Shown: positions 9,336 through 18,871, counted from the stretch's first letter. The stretch: DNA of 64,000 nucleotides from Candidatus Woesearchaeota archaeon (GCA_016192945.1 JACPTE010000012.1:9557-73556); one strand, 5' to 3'. Translations and numbers: made by a program. Notes: generated by a model not told the origin, from the sequence alone.

Positions 9336-10106
9336 TCAGACCTTGAAGAAACTCTCCAGCTTCTTGTCCTTTGAAATCTCTTCCCTTATCGCGCTCTGGA
9401 CTCCCTTTTTCTCCATCAGCATCCTCAGGAACCTGCTTCCTGTGCGCTTTGTCAGGATTTCCTCCAGCGCATTTGCAAGCCTTTCAGGGTTGTTCAATGA
9501 GGATGAGCGCAGGATTTCCACCAATAGCTGCTCGTTTGACTGCTTCCTGAAAACCCTCTTGCCTGACTCCTGGCTGAGCAGCTCTTTTATCAGCTCCTCT
9601 TTTGCCTGTGCGCTCATCGGCTTGTATAGCGACTGCCTCCCGAATAATTCTGACATCCTGACAGGGTTGCCCATCAGAAGGAACTTGATAAGCTGCATGG
9701 TTCTTATTGCCTGGCTCCTGTAGCGCTGCTTGTCCATGTCGTTTATCACATCAAACAGGACATCCTCAAACTTGATTATCCTGATGCCGTCCAGCTTCAG
9801 GTTCTGGAAATTAGTTACAAGGACATTCTCGTAGTTGTATGGCTTTCCAAACCAGTCCCTTATGTATCTCTGCACAGCTGAATTTACATTTGAGTCCTTG
9901 AACAGGCGGTTGATTTCAATGACATCCCTCTCCAGGATAAAATTAGATGAGATTGAGCAGGTAACCTCTATGTGCATTATGCGAGGCTCTGCCTTGTGGC
10001 TTACTGCGATGAAGTCAATTACCCTTGAGCCAGCGTTGATTCCTGAAACTGTGAAGAACCCCCTCCTGTTCAGCCATATGTTCACTATCTCGCGTTCAGG
10101 ACTCAT
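9336..10106 (-). CDS. hypothetical protein with N-terminal PD-(D/E)xK-like (Hjc-like) nuclease fold signature
   Basis: 256 aa; ERE-IVNIWL..GFF...IDFIAV...IMHIEVT pattern; C-terminal helical domain; no confident family. Confidence 0.3.
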   Translation of the reverse strand: MSPEREIVNIWLNRRGFFTVSGINAGSRVIDFIAVSHKAEPRIMHIEVTCSISSNFILERDVIEINRLFKDSNVNSAVQRYIRDWFGKPYNYENVLVTNFQNLKLDGIRIIKFEDVLFDVINDMDKQRYRSQAIRTMQLIKFLLMGNPVRMSELFGRQSLYKPMSAQAKEELIKELLSQESGKRVFRKQSNEQLLVEILRSSSLNNPERLANALEEILTKRTGSRFLRMLMEKKGVQSAIREEISKDKKLESFFKV

Positions 10107-10170
10107 GAAACCACCCCATGGCTGAAATGCTCAGCTATGTATATAAATTTTGTCAGAATAATTTTTAAAG

Positions 10171-10665
10171 GTGAAGTTTCCCTGGCTTTTCATGAATGTG
10201 CGGGAAATAATAGAGAGGCTTGAGGCAAGCGCTGAATTCCTTCTCTGGAAGGATGAGCATCATGATGCTTTCCTGATGAGCATCTTCTCAATGTTTGACA
10301 GCGAATCTTCTGATGATTACCTTGTCAGCTATTTTGAGGGAATGACTGTCACTACTTTCTACATGGATGCAAAGGAGACTTACAAGAAGGGTGTTGAGGA
10401 GTCTGAAAAGCCTATCAAGCAGCTTGACATCACAAACCTGGGGGTTGAGCTGAAGCAGGCGGTTTCAACTGCAAGGGCCGCATTTCTCAGGAAATCAGGC
10501 GAGAGCATAGCAAAGACCATAGCAATCCTCCAGAACCTTGATGACGGCCCCCTGTGGAACATAAGCTTCATGTCATCAAACTACAACGTGTATAACGCAA
10601 GGATAAACGCTGAGACAGGCCAGCTGGTTTCAGAGGATTACGGTGCCATGTTCAGGCAGGCCTGA
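10171..10665 (+). CDS. hypothetical protein
   Basis: 164-aa ORF in a coding-dense context; no recognisable motifs. Confidence 0.3.
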   Translation: MKFPWLFMNVREIIERLEASAEFLLWKDEHHDAFLMSIFSMFDSESSDDYLVSYFEGMTVTTFYMDAKETYKKGVEESEKPIKQLDITNLGVELKQAVSTARAAFLRKSGESIAKTIAILQNLDDGPLWNISFMSSNYNVYNARINAETGQLVSEDYGAMFRQA

Positions 10666-10705
10666 GCAATTGCAGGGTTTAATCAGTTCAAACAACAGAA
10701 TTCCA

Positions 10706-11647
10706 CTAAAGCCTGAACTCTTCCTCTCCGCTGCATACCTTCATTGCCCTCTCAGCAGTGTAGTTTCCAAGAGTGATTGCTGAAATCGCATTGCACATCC
10801 TGACTGCATCCTTCAGGGTTTTCTGGTGTATGTTCCTTCCTGTGGCGTTGCCTGATACACCTCCTGTGTGTATCTGCCTGTAAAGCCCTTCAAGGAACTT
10901 CTTTGTGTCAACGCTGCTTCCGCCTGCGCATATCACCTTTGTCATTTTCCCTGCTGATAGTATTGCTTCTTTGAGCAGCTCTGCAGAGTCAAACCCCTCT
11001 TTCTTCGGGGGGTTTACCTTGACAAAGTCAGTCCCGAGGCATGCTGCAACTCCTGTTGCGCCAGCTATAAGGTGCGGGTCCTTCTCGTCCTTCACTGCCT
11101 TTCCCCTCGGGTACATCCACACTATTGTGATGAGGCCGTTCTGGTGGGCTTTGTAGATTATCTGGGCTGCCTCATTCATCATATCGGTCTCGTACTCTGA
11201 GCCGAGATAAACTGTGTAGCCCACTCCGAGTATGCCCAGGCCAGAGCTTTTCTTAAAGCTAACTACCTGCTCCACTGTCCACATAGCCCGGCTCAGCGGG
11301 TCTTTCTGGTCTGTTTTGACCAGATGCGACTTGGAGTTCAGCTTCACAACGTATGGCAATTTGCTGTATGCCTGCCCGTATTTGGCAATCAGCCCCAGCT
11401 GTGTTGCGAAAACCCCTATGGTGCCCTGTGAGGCTATCCTGAACAGGTGCTCAGGCTCTGCATCGTCAGCAGGTATCTGCCCTATGTCTGCTGAGCCGTA
11501 GAAATCATCATTAAGGTGCTCTATCTTCTGGTCCCCTGCAAACAGCATAAGCCTTCCTGTGCCGCGGGTTGCTATATTGTAGTTTTCAATATATTCCTTC
11601 TCTTTTGACTCAGGCACGTCTGCCGGAACTTTAATTTCATTTTTCAT
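10706..11647 (-). CDS. fbaB: fructose-bisphosphate aldolase, class I (FbaB/DhnA family)
   Basis: ILGVGYTVYLGSEYE...GLITIVWMYPRG and VKLNSKSHL segments match E. coli FbaB. Confidence 0.7.
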   Translation of the reverse strand: MKNEIKVPADVPESKEKEYIENYNIATRGTGRLMLFAGDQKIEHLNDDFYGSADIGQIPADDAEPEHLFRIASQGTIGVFATQLGLIAKYGQAYSKLPYVVKLNSKSHLVKTDQKDPLSRAMWTVEQVVSFKKSSGLGILGVGYTVYLGSEYETDMMNEAAQIIYKAHQNGLITIVWMYPRGKAVKDEKDPHLIAGATGVAACLGTDFVKVNPPKKEGFDSAELLKEAILSAGKMTKVICAGGSSVDTKKFLEGLYRQIHTGGVSGNATGRNIHQKTLKDAVRMCNAISAITLGNYTAERAMKVCSGEEEFRL

Positions 11648-11660
11648 CAGATCACCTGTT

Positions 11661-12599
11661 TTAGAATTTATGTATTGCCTTTATGTGTCTTATTGTCCCT
11701 GATTTTGAACGCATGACTATTGAATGCGTAATGGCTCCATTGCTTGTGAATCTTACTCCCTCAAGGAGCAGTCCAGTTATCACGCCAGTTGCTGAAAAGA
11801 CTATATTGTTGCCTTTTGCAAGGTCTTCTGTATGCATCTTTGCATTAAGGTCTTTTATTCCCATCTCCTTTGCCCTTTTTTTCTCTTCATTGTTCCTGAA
11901 TGCAAATCTTGCCTGGATTTCCCCACCCATGCACTTTATTGCAGCAGCAGCCAGGACACCTTCTGGAGCTGCTCCTATTCCAAGCAGCATATCAACCTCA
12001 TTCTCTTCAATGCAAGGTGCTATTGCTCCTGATACATCGCCATCAGGTATAAGTATGATTCTTGCTTCTGTTGCCCTTATCTGGCTTATCAGGTCCTTGT
12101 GCCTGTCCCTGTCCAATACAACAACAGTTACCTCTCCAACATCTTTTTTCAATACATCTGCAACAATCTGAATGTTTTCAGCAGGGCTATTGTCAAGGTC
12201 TACTTTTCCTTTTGCCTTCGGTCCAACCGCAATCTTGTTCATGTATGTGTCTGGCGCTCCCAAAAGGCACCCATGAGGGGCTGCTGCCAATACAGATATT
12301 GCATTCGGCCTTCCGTATGCAACGCTGTTCGTGCATTCGAGCGGGTCAACCGCTATGTCAAATTTGGGCCCCTTCTTGTTGCCGACATGCTCTCCGATGA
12401 AAAGCATTGGCGCCTCATCCCTTTCCCCTTCGCCTATAACCACCGTGCCATCAACATCTATGCTGTCAAATCTTTTTCTCATCAGGTTTACAGCTGCCTG
12501 GTCTGCAGAATTCTTGTCGCCTTTCCCGACCCATTTTGCTGCAGCTATTGCTGCTTCCTCAGTAACCCTTGCAAATTCAAGAGCAAGATTTCGTTCCAT
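11661..12599 (-). CDS. glpX: fructose-1,6-bisphosphatase class II (GlpX type)
   Basis: 312 aa; GEGERDEAPMLFIGE and FDIAVDPLECTNS motifs of GlpX. Confidence 0.8.
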   Translation of the reverse strand: MERNLALEFARVTEEAAIAAAKWVGKGDKNSADQAAVNLMRKRFDSIDVDGTVVIGEGERDEAPMLFIGEHVGNKKGPKFDIAVDPLECTNSVAYGRPNAISVLAAAPHGCLLGAPDTYMNKIAVGPKAKGKVDLDNSPAENIQIVADVLKKDVGEVTVVVLDRDRHKDLISQIRATEARIILIPDGDVSGAIAPCIEENEVDMLLGIGAAPEGVLAAAAIKCMGGEIQARFAFRNNEEKKRAKEMGIKDLNAKMHTEDLAKGNNIVFSATGVITGLLLEGVRFTSNGAITHSIVMRSKSGTIRHIKAIHKF

Positions 12600-12681
12600 A
12601 AAAACACCCCATCATACTTCATATGATGCTTGTTTATATAAGTTTTGGTCATCGCACTTGGTGGGATTTGCCTGCAGTAAT

Positions 12682-13845
12682 TTAAATCCCAGCATCCCTC
12701 CTCAGGGCGTCAGCCTTGTCTGCCTGCTCCCACGTGAATTCCGGCTCGTTCCTTCCGAAGTGGCCGTAGGCTGCTGTTTTCCGGTATATTGGCCTTCTCA
12801 GATTCAGGGAATCAATTATTCCCCTTGGCGTAAGCCTGAAGTGCTTCCTCACCAGCTCAGAGATTCTGTCCTCGGGTATTTTTGCAGTCCCGAATGTCTC
12901 AACATTGATTGATGTCGGCTCTGCAACACCAATTGCATAGGAGACAGACACCTCGCATTTTGATGCAAGCCCAGCAGCAACAATGTTCTTTGCAACATAC
13001 CTTGCTGCATATGCGCCGCTCCTGTCCACCTTTGACGGGTCTTTGCCTGAGAATGCCCCTCCCCCGTGCCTTCCAACGCCTCCGTAAGTGTCAACTATTA
13101 TCTTCCTTCCTGTTACGCCTGTGTCGCCCTCAGGCCCCCCTATTACGAACTTGCCTGTGGCGTTTATGTGAACCCTTGTGCTTGCATCAAAGTATTTCCC
13201 CAGCACCGGCTTTATCACCTTCTCAAGTATTTCCTGCCTGAGGGCGTTGCTTGTCTGCCCCCCCTCTGTCTTTTCTTCTGTGTGCTGGCATGCTATGACT
13301 ACTGCTGATACCCTTTTCGGAACTTCATCGTGATATTCAACGCTTACCTGGGATTTCCCATCAGGGCCTATGTGTGTTACCACGCCGCTCTTCCTGACCT
13401 CAGCAAGCTTTCTTGTCAATTTGTGCGCAAGCATTATGGGCAGCGGCATAAGCTCTGGCGTTTCAGTGCACGCATACCCGTACATCATTCCCTGGTCTCC
13501 TGCGCCCTGCTCCCTGCCCTCCTTTTCATCCACTCCCTGTGCAATGTCAGGGCTTTGCGCATGGATGGAAACCAGGACTCCAGCATCCTCGTGGTCTATT
13601 CCGAATGCAGGGTTTGTATAGCCTATCTCCTTTAGCGTTCTCCTGGCTATTGACTGAACGTCTGCAAAACCCTTTGTTGTGACCTCCCCTGCAACAACCA
13701 CAAGCCCTGTGGTGGTCAGGCATTCAACAGCCACTCTGGAATACGGGTCCTGCGCATATAAGTCATCAAGTATTGCGTCGCTTATCTGGTCGCAAATCTT
13801 GTCCGGGTGGCCTTCAGTTACTGACTCTGAAGTTATATATTTCAT
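12682..13845 (-). CDS. metK: S-adenosylmethionine synthetase, bacterial/eukaryotic (MetK) type
   Basis: [46 protein letters not shown]; ORF is open to 13869 but MKYITSESV at 13845 matches the MetK N-terminus. Confidence 0.85.
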   Translation of the reverse strand: MKYITSESVTEGHPDKICDQISDAILDDLYAQDPYSRVAVECLTTTGLVVVAGEVTTKGFADVQSIARRTLKEIGYTNPAFGIDHEDAGVLVSIHAQSPDIAQGVDEKEGREQGAGDQGMMYGYACTETPELMPLPIMLAHKLTRKLAEVRKSGVVTHIGPDGKSQVSVEYHDEVPKRVSAVVIACQHTEEKTEGGQTSNALRQEILEKVIKPVLGKYFDASTRVHINATGKFVIGGPEGDTGVTGRKIIVDTYGGVGRHGGGAFSGKDPSKVDRSGAYAARYVAKNIVAAGLASKCEVSVSYAIGVAEPTSINVETFGTAKIPEDRISELVRKHFRLTPRGIIDSLNLRRPIYRKTAAYGHFGRNEPEFTWEQADKADALRRDAGI

Positions 13846-14017
13846 CTTAACCATTCCAAACACCTCCAATCCTGTGCAATGGGCATCAGCCGGTTTCTAT
13901 AAATAATTTTCTGAATAAATTATTCCTATCAGAATAAAACTGCTTGTGCTTGCCTGAGCTAAAGTCCTTGATGGGCGACAAAAGCTTATAATACTACTGT
14001 TCATTATTGATAAGAAA

Positions 14018-14677
14018 ATGACCAGTAAAAAGTTGGCAATAGCAGTTATGGCAGTCCTTCTTGTGCAGGCAATCTTCCTTTCCAGTTTCAGGGCATTGGT
14101 ATTCAACGCAGGCTATTACCAGTCCAAGTTCAGTGATGTGGGGACTTATTGCAGGGTCCAGGATGCAGACTCAGTCCTGGATGACATTCTCAGCTACCTT
14201 AAGGGAGACAAGCCTGCCCTGCAGGCAGCATACTTCAACCAGAGGGAATCCAGCCACATGAGTGATGTAAAAAAATTCATAGGCATTGCAGTCAATTACC
14301 TGTATCTTCTGGCTGCGGCATTGGCGCTGCTTGCAGCGCTTGTTCTGCGCGACAGGAAAAACCGGAGGCGCATATTGTTGAACTCCCTTGCAATAAGCAG
14401 CCTGGCAGTGATAATCATCTCATCAGCCATGTTCATTGCATCAAACAGCTTCCCCCTCCTCTTTGAGAAATTCCATTTATCCTTCTTCAAGCCGGGAACT
14501 TACCTTTTTCCAGACAGCAATATGCTTATCAGGCTCTTCCCTGAAAGGTTCTTTTATGAGTTCACCTATGATATCTTGATTAACAGCGCTGTTGCTGCAG
14601 GGATAATGCTCATACTTTCACTCTTTTTCCTGAGAAGAACAAAGGGTATGGAAAAAAAGAAAAAGAGGCAGGTTTAG
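14018..14677 (+). CDS. polytopic membrane protein (possibly DUF1461/TIGR01906-like)
   Basis: 219 aa; 4-5 TM segments; FNQRESSHMSDVK motif. Confidence 0.3.
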   Translation: MTSKKLAIAVMAVLLVQAIFLSSFRALVFNAGYYQSKFSDVGTYCRVQDADSVLDDILSYLKGDKPALQAAYFNQRESSHMSDVKKFIGIAVNYLYLLAAALALLAALVLRDRKNRRRILLNSLAISSLAVIIISSAMFIASNSFPLLFEKFHLSFFKPGTYLFPDSNMLIRLFPERFFYEFTYDILINSAVAAGIMLILSLFFLRRTKGMEKKKKRQV

Positions 14678-14865
14678 ACCATCTGCCCTATTTCTACTTC
14701 GCTTGAGTCATTGACAAGCGAGTTGCCAGCGCTATCAAGCGTTTCAGAACCCTCCTGGGGGGAGAAGTCTGATGATGGCTGTTGGGTGGGCTGTGCATTC
14801 TGTGTGCACCCAGCAAATGCTCCTATCAGCAACAGTCCGATTATCAGGGCGTGTGCTGCTTTCAT
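14674..14865 (-). CDS. small secreted lipoprotein-like peptide
   Basis: 63 aa; signal peptide followed by AGC lipobox; ATGA overlap with upstream gene. Confidence 0.3.
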   Translation of the reverse strand: MKAAHALIIGLLLIGAFAGCTQNAQPTQQPSSDFSPQEGSETLDSAGNSLVNDSSEVEIGQMV

Positions 14866-15896
14866 CTTATGTTCACCCCCACTTTCCCATCAACGCCTGC
14901 GTTGATGCCTTCTCCGCTGGCAGATGTTCTTGCATTCCCTTCTGCCCTGGCTTTTCCATCGCCTGATTCCGCCCTTTTTTCCATGATTACATCAAGCCTT
15001 TTCTTCACAAGACCCTTTACATCCCTGTTCTGTATTTTTTCAATCCTCATCTCTATTCTTGCTTCCTTGCCTTTAAGGAATTCTGTCTTTGCCTTTGCAA
15101 TTGCCGCCTGTTTCATGACCTGCTTTCTTGACAGGTCTTCATTGAGCCTGGCTATTGCCTCTTTCTTCTGCTCCTTGTCCATTGAGCTTATCTCAAGCCT
15201 TATTGCAGCCATGATTTCCCCTTTGCCTGCCTCCCCATTCCTTGCCTTTTCCACAAGAGTGCCATTGCTTGCTCCTATGTCAACAAGAATTTTCTGCAGG
15301 ACTTCTGCATTGTATGTCCGCGTTTCATGTCTTATTTCCCCATTGAGCCTTGCCATCTCTGTGTCTTCGCTTTTGGCATAGGCCTTTAGCCTTACCTTTT
15401 CAAGGTCATTTTCCCTGACAACCTGCCTTAATTGTGTCCTGAACTTGTGCGAAAGCTCAATTGCATCGTTCTTGAACTCAACAAACTGCTGTGCAGACTC
15501 GCTTCCTCCTGTAGGGTTTGCCTGGCTTACCTGCAGTTTTAATGCAGCCAATTCCTCAATTATTGCTTTCAATCCTGTTGTGTTTGCAGATGCGTTTGCT
15601 TCCACTATTGCATTTATTGCTGCATTTCCCTGGAAAATGTTCCTTTGTATTGCTTTTTCAAGCTGCAGAAGCCTTACTTTTGCGCCATGAGCTGTTGTTG
15701 CAGCTTCCATCTCTGCCTGCGTTTCCGAGCTTACTTCCAGGCTTTCATTCTCAACTGAATTGTGTGCCTCTGCATTTTCACTTGCCTCATCATGTCCCTG
15801 GAAACTACCGTTTCCCTGATTGCCTTCCTCTGCCATGGCAACAGGCACCATTGCCACCAGCATCAAGATTGCAACCGCTTTTATCCATTCTGTCAT
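14862..15896 (-). CDS. secreted coiled-coil protein
   Basis: 344 aa; N-terminal signal peptide (AVAILMLVAMVPVAMA), acidic low-complexity region, long heptad-like helical region. Confidence 0.45.
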   Translation of the reverse strand: MTEWIKAVAILMLVAMVPVAMAEEGNQGNGSFQGHDEASENAEAHNSVENESLEVSSETQAEMEAATTAHGAKVRLLQLEKAIQRNIFQGNAAINAIVEANASANTTGLKAIIEELAALKLQVSQANPTGGSESAQQFVEFKNDAIELSHKFRTQLRQVVRENDLEKVRLKAYAKSEDTEMARLNGEIRHETRTYNAEVLQKILVDIGASNGTLVEKARNGEAGKGEIMAAIRLEISSMDKEQKKEAIARLNEDLSRKQVMKQAAIAKAKTEFLKGKEARIEMRIEKIQNRDVKGLVKKRLDVIMEKRAESGDGKARAEGNARTSASGEGINAGVDGKVGVNIR

Positions 15897-16005
15897 TAAG
15901 GCTCACCTCCCTGATTTTTTCTGAACCGTGACATCCTTTAATGCGGAACAGCATTTTAATTTTTTCCGGAATCAGGTGGAACAACACGGAACAACCATCA
16001 GTTTC

Positions 16006-16761
16006 CTAGAATTCCGGCTTGGTTTTGTTTATGCATATCACATTTGTCATTCCTTTTGACTCTTTCCTTATTATTCCCTTTCTAGCCAATGCGTCTATGT
16101 TTCTGGAAAGAGATGACTTTGGTATGCTCATCCCAGATTCCAGCTGCCTTTGCGTTATCATTCCGTTGTTCTTCTCAACAATTTCCAGTATTTCTTTCTG
16201 CCTGTCAGCAAGGAATTCCTTGTCATACCAGGGCTTTTCTCCAGCTGAAGTTATTTTTTCTTCCTTGCCTGAAGGAGACTGGACAGCTGTGCTTTTGCTT
16301 TTCCTGAAATAGAAATAGCCTGCTGCGGCAAAAGCCATTGCCACTGCCAACGAAAGAATCAAGACAACATCTGCCCTGTTTCTGGGACTGAGCGTATATT
16401 GGACTGTCACTTGCATCGTGTTATTTTTACCTGTTGCCTTTATGAAAGTCCTTCCCTCCCCCCCTATTCTTACTGGTGTTGATGCCTTAATGTAGTTTAT
16501 CACAGCCCCTTCAGGAAGGCTTATTGTATAAATGAAGTTGGAGAAAGGCTCTTTTACGCTTAAGTTAAAAACCCAGTATTCTCCTTTTTTGGAGGTGAAT
16601 TCCTGTGTCTGCCGCCCTGTGAGGGCTGGGTTGTTTGTCACCCCGCTTACCAGCGTGCTTCCAGAGTCGCCTATGTCAAAAGTGATGTCTGCATAATACT
16701 CTTCTGCACTCGCGGCCTGAATGCAGATAAGGGCTATTGCTGCCAATATGAATAATCTCAT
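16006..16761 (-). CDS. membrane-anchored transcriptional regulator (extracytoplasmic domain - TM - C-terminal winged HTH)
   Basis: Signal peptide MRLFILAAIALICIQAASA; TM VVLILSLAVAMAFAAAGYFYF; C-terminal MarR/TrmB-like HTH ITQRQLESGMSIPKSSLSRNIDALARKGII; ORF is open to 16800 but Met at 16761 carries the signal peptide and an AGGGGGA Shine-Dalgarno. Confidence 0.5.
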   Translation of the reverse strand: MRLFILAAIALICIQAASAEEYYADITFDIGDSGSTLVSGVTNNPALTGRQTQEFTSKKGEYWVFNLSVKEPFSNFIYTISLPEGAVINYIKASTPVRIGGEGRTFIKATGKNNTMQVTVQYTLSPRNRADVVLILSLAVAMAFAAAGYFYFRKSKSTAVQSPSGKEEKITSAGEKPWYDKEFLADRQKEILEIVEKNNGMITQRQLESGMSIPKSSLSRNIDALARKGIIRKESKGMTNVICINKTKPEF

Positions 16762-16883
16762 ATATCCCCCTGAAGTGAATTGTGTTTTTAAATTTATCAT
16801 AAATTGCGGGATTTTTCAATGCCATCCCTTCAAAAGAAAAATATATAAACCAGCCAACAATCCACTAAAAGGGGTGATGTGAA

Positions 16884-16970
16884 ATGGCTGCTAAAGCAAA
16901 GGCAAAGAAATCATCAATGCCAAAGAAGGAGTCTGGAAAGGAAGAGTCTGGCTGCTGCAACTGCTGCTAG
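16884..16970 (+). CDS. putative 28-aa Lys-rich peptide ending CCNCC
   Basis: AAAGGGGTGA Shine-Dalgarno upstream; MAAKAKAKKSSMPKKESGKEESGCCNCC. Confidence 0.2.
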   Translation: MAAKAKAKKSSMPKKESGKEESGCCNCC

Positions 16971-16973
16971 GGC

Positions 16974-17918
16974 TTATTTCTTTCTTTTTATTTCCCTTTT
17001 TACTTCTCTTTTCATGCTATCTTTTTTCCTGTTTTCTGCAACGGCAGGTATTTGCCTTACTGGAGGGGCTTGGGCTTTTCCGTCCCTTTCCTCAAGCTCC
17101 CTGTATGCCTGCCCGTACATTGTATACCCTGAAATCATCAGCAGCATCATAATTGCTGCCATGAACGCGTCTGTCAATAGCTCGCCCAGGTATGGGATGA
17201 ACACGAATATTATTATTGGAATCAGTATTATCAAAAACAGGAGTATTCCGTATGCAATCTGCACCCCTATTGCCCCCAGGTATTTGCCTGTGAATGCCTT
17301 TCCAGTTACTGCCTTCAGGTCAAATGCTGCTGAAAACCTGTCCTGCCTTATGAAGTTCATTAAAGCCATAGGCAGCAGGATAACTGTGAACAGCAGCAGA
17401 ATTAATGCAAATACCATAATCAGGATGCCCACAAGAAGTGATGCGGCCATGCTGCCTGCGCTCATCAGCGTATAGCCCGTGCCTTTCAGAGGGAGCAAAA
17501 ACATCACATATGCTGTGAGGAACAATATCAGGGCAGGCAACAGGTAGATTATGCTTATTGCAGTGGCAAGCAGCCCGCTCCTTAGCAACTCGTCCCGCTT
17601 GTCCCATCCTGGAAGCCTGAAATCCCTGTTCATGGCTGTCTTTGCGCACCTTAATGCGTAGCCGCTTATTGCTATTCCGAAAAGAACTCCAAAAACCGCT
17701 GTTACGATATTTATTGCCTGTATTTTCAGGCTATCTGCCTCTGACAGGGACATCACGTATAAGTCCCTGCTCATTGCATTGCCTTTCAGGTAATCAGGGA
17801 TTATTATAAGGAACAGGATGAATCCTATCACATAGGGGATAAAATAAAGAACTGCTCCGATAGAGAGGCTTCTGAAGTTTGTAAAGGGCCTTTTTATAGC
17901 AGCTCCGAAGTCAACCAT
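16974..17918 (-). CDS. polytopic membrane protein (possibly DUF4013-like)
   Basis: about 8 TM helices; start chosen at MVDFGAAIK (17918), 30 nt downstream of a TTTAAATA box; ORF is open to 17993. Confidence 0.4.
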   Translation of the reverse strand: MVDFGAAIKRPFTNFRSLSIGAVLYFIPYVIGFILFLIIIPDYLKGNAMSRDLYVMSLSEADSLKIQAINIVTAVFGVLFGIAISGYALRCAKTAMNRDFRLPGWDKRDELLRSGLLATAISIIYLLPALILFLTAYVMFLLPLKGTGYTLMSAGSMAASLLVGILIMVFALILLLFTVILLPMALMNFIRQDRFSAAFDLKAVTGKAFTGKYLGAIGVQIAYGILLFLIILIPIIIFVFIPYLGELLTDAFMAAIMMLLMISGYTMYGQAYRELEERDGKAQAPPVRQIPAVAENRKKDSMKREVKREIKRKK

Positions 17919-17939
17919 TGTGCTTTTATGGCTTTGAAC

Positions 17940-17985
17940 TGCCAAGTATTTAAATCTTTTTAATGATAAATTTTTTAAACAAATT
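17940..17985. promoter_or_regulatory. divergent promoter region with TATA-like boxes (TTTAAATA / TTTTTTAAAC) for the membrane protein (-) and the tRNA (+)
   Basis: AT-rich boxes about 25-35 nt upstream of each transcription unit. Confidence 0.35.
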
Positions 17986-18006
17986 GAGCCCAACCCCTAT
18001 CCTGTC

Positions 18007-18138
18007 GGGCCCGTAGCTCAGCCTGGTTAGACAGGACTAGTAATCCTGGACAAAAGCGCCGGTCTTATATGGCCACGCTTTGCACAAAGCAAGCTCTAGG
18101 TGAGCCGGATGTCGCCGGTTCGAATCCGGTCGGGCCCA
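18007..18138 (+). tRNA. intron-containing tRNA, probably two introns (D-arm 24 nt, canonical 37/38 33 nt); anticodon reads UAU (putative tRNA-Ile)
   Basis: Exons 18007-18031, 18056-18069, 18103-18138 assemble into a 75-nt tRNA with perfect acceptor (GGGCCCG/CGGGCCC), D stem GCUC/GAGC, anticodon stem CCGGU/GCCGG, T arm GCCGG-UUCGAAU-CCGGU; loop CUUAUAA. Confidence 0.5.
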
Positions 18139-18189
18139 CTCTTTTCAAGGTGGTGGTCTGTTATGAAAAATGATAGCTGGATTCCTGGC

Positions 18190-18459
18190 TTAATAATTCA
18201 GGATTACCTTCCCAATCACCTGCTCTTTCCTTACGGCCCCATAATCCCTGCTGTCAGTGCTGTGCAGCTTGTTGTCGCCTTCAACAAAAAGTGAGTCTCC
18301 GTTTATTGCACAGACTCTTTTTATGCAGTCCATCCCGGGGTTTGAGAATACAATTACATCCCCAATTTTCACTTTCCTGGTTTTGAACAGCAGAACCCTT
18401 TCTCCCTGCCTGAAGGCAGGCTCCATGCTGCGGCCCTTCACTTCATAGCGCGCGAACAT
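18190..18459 (-). CDS. sodX: NiSOD maturation peptidase SodX (S26 signal-peptidase-like)
   Basis: 89 aa; GRSMEPAF catalytic Ser motif; lies immediately downstream of sodN. Confidence 0.6.
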   Translation of the reverse strand: MFARYEVKGRSMEPAFRQGERVLLFKTRKVKIGDVIVFSNPGMDCIKRVCAINGDSLFVEGDNKLHSTDSRDYGAVRKEQVIGKVILNY

Positions 18460-18460
18460 C

Positions 18461-18871
18461 TTATTTTTTTGTTGCTGCGAATACTATTGCAATCTCGGCA
18501 ACCATATCCTTCAGCTTCTGCGCTGCCTCAAGGCTTATTTCCCTCTTGACTGCGGAGCACTGCTTTGCTGCCTTCCATATAGTGTCGTGCAGGCCCGGGT
18601 ATTTCTGCAGGTGCTCAGGCTTGAAGTAGTCTGTCCATAAGATAAGGATTTCCTGCTTGCATACCTGGGCAAACTTCTCCTTTATCCCAGCAATCCTGCT
18701 CACTGTGTGGGCATAAGCCAGCCTTGCCTTCTCGTCCTTTGGAGGCTCAAGCTTCAGGAGCTTTTCCGTAAGCACATAAACTGTCTGTGCAGCATGCGTT
18801 GCGCTGTCAGCCTCATAAACCCCGCAGGGTATGTCGCAGTGGGCGTGTGCTGTCTTTGGCTTTGATGCCAT
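18461..18871 (-). CDS. sodN: nickel superoxide dismutase (NiSOD) precursor
   Basis: Ni-hook HCDIPCGVY preceded by a 10-aa leader MASKPKTAHA; ORF is open to 18970 but the Met at 18871 gives the canonical short propeptide. Confidence 0.75.
   Translation of the reverse strand: MASKPKTAHAHCDIPCGVYEADSATHAAQTVYVLTEKLLKLEPPKDEKARLAYAHTVSRIAGIKEKFAQVCKQEILILWTDYFKPEHLQKYPGLHDTIWKAAKQCSAVKREISLEAAQKLKDMVAEIAIVFAATKK

Noticed and set aside
12062-13635. Cys/Pro/Leu-rich plus-strand ORFs over glpX and metK
   Set aside because: They are antisense to strongly recognisable enzymes and lack motifs.
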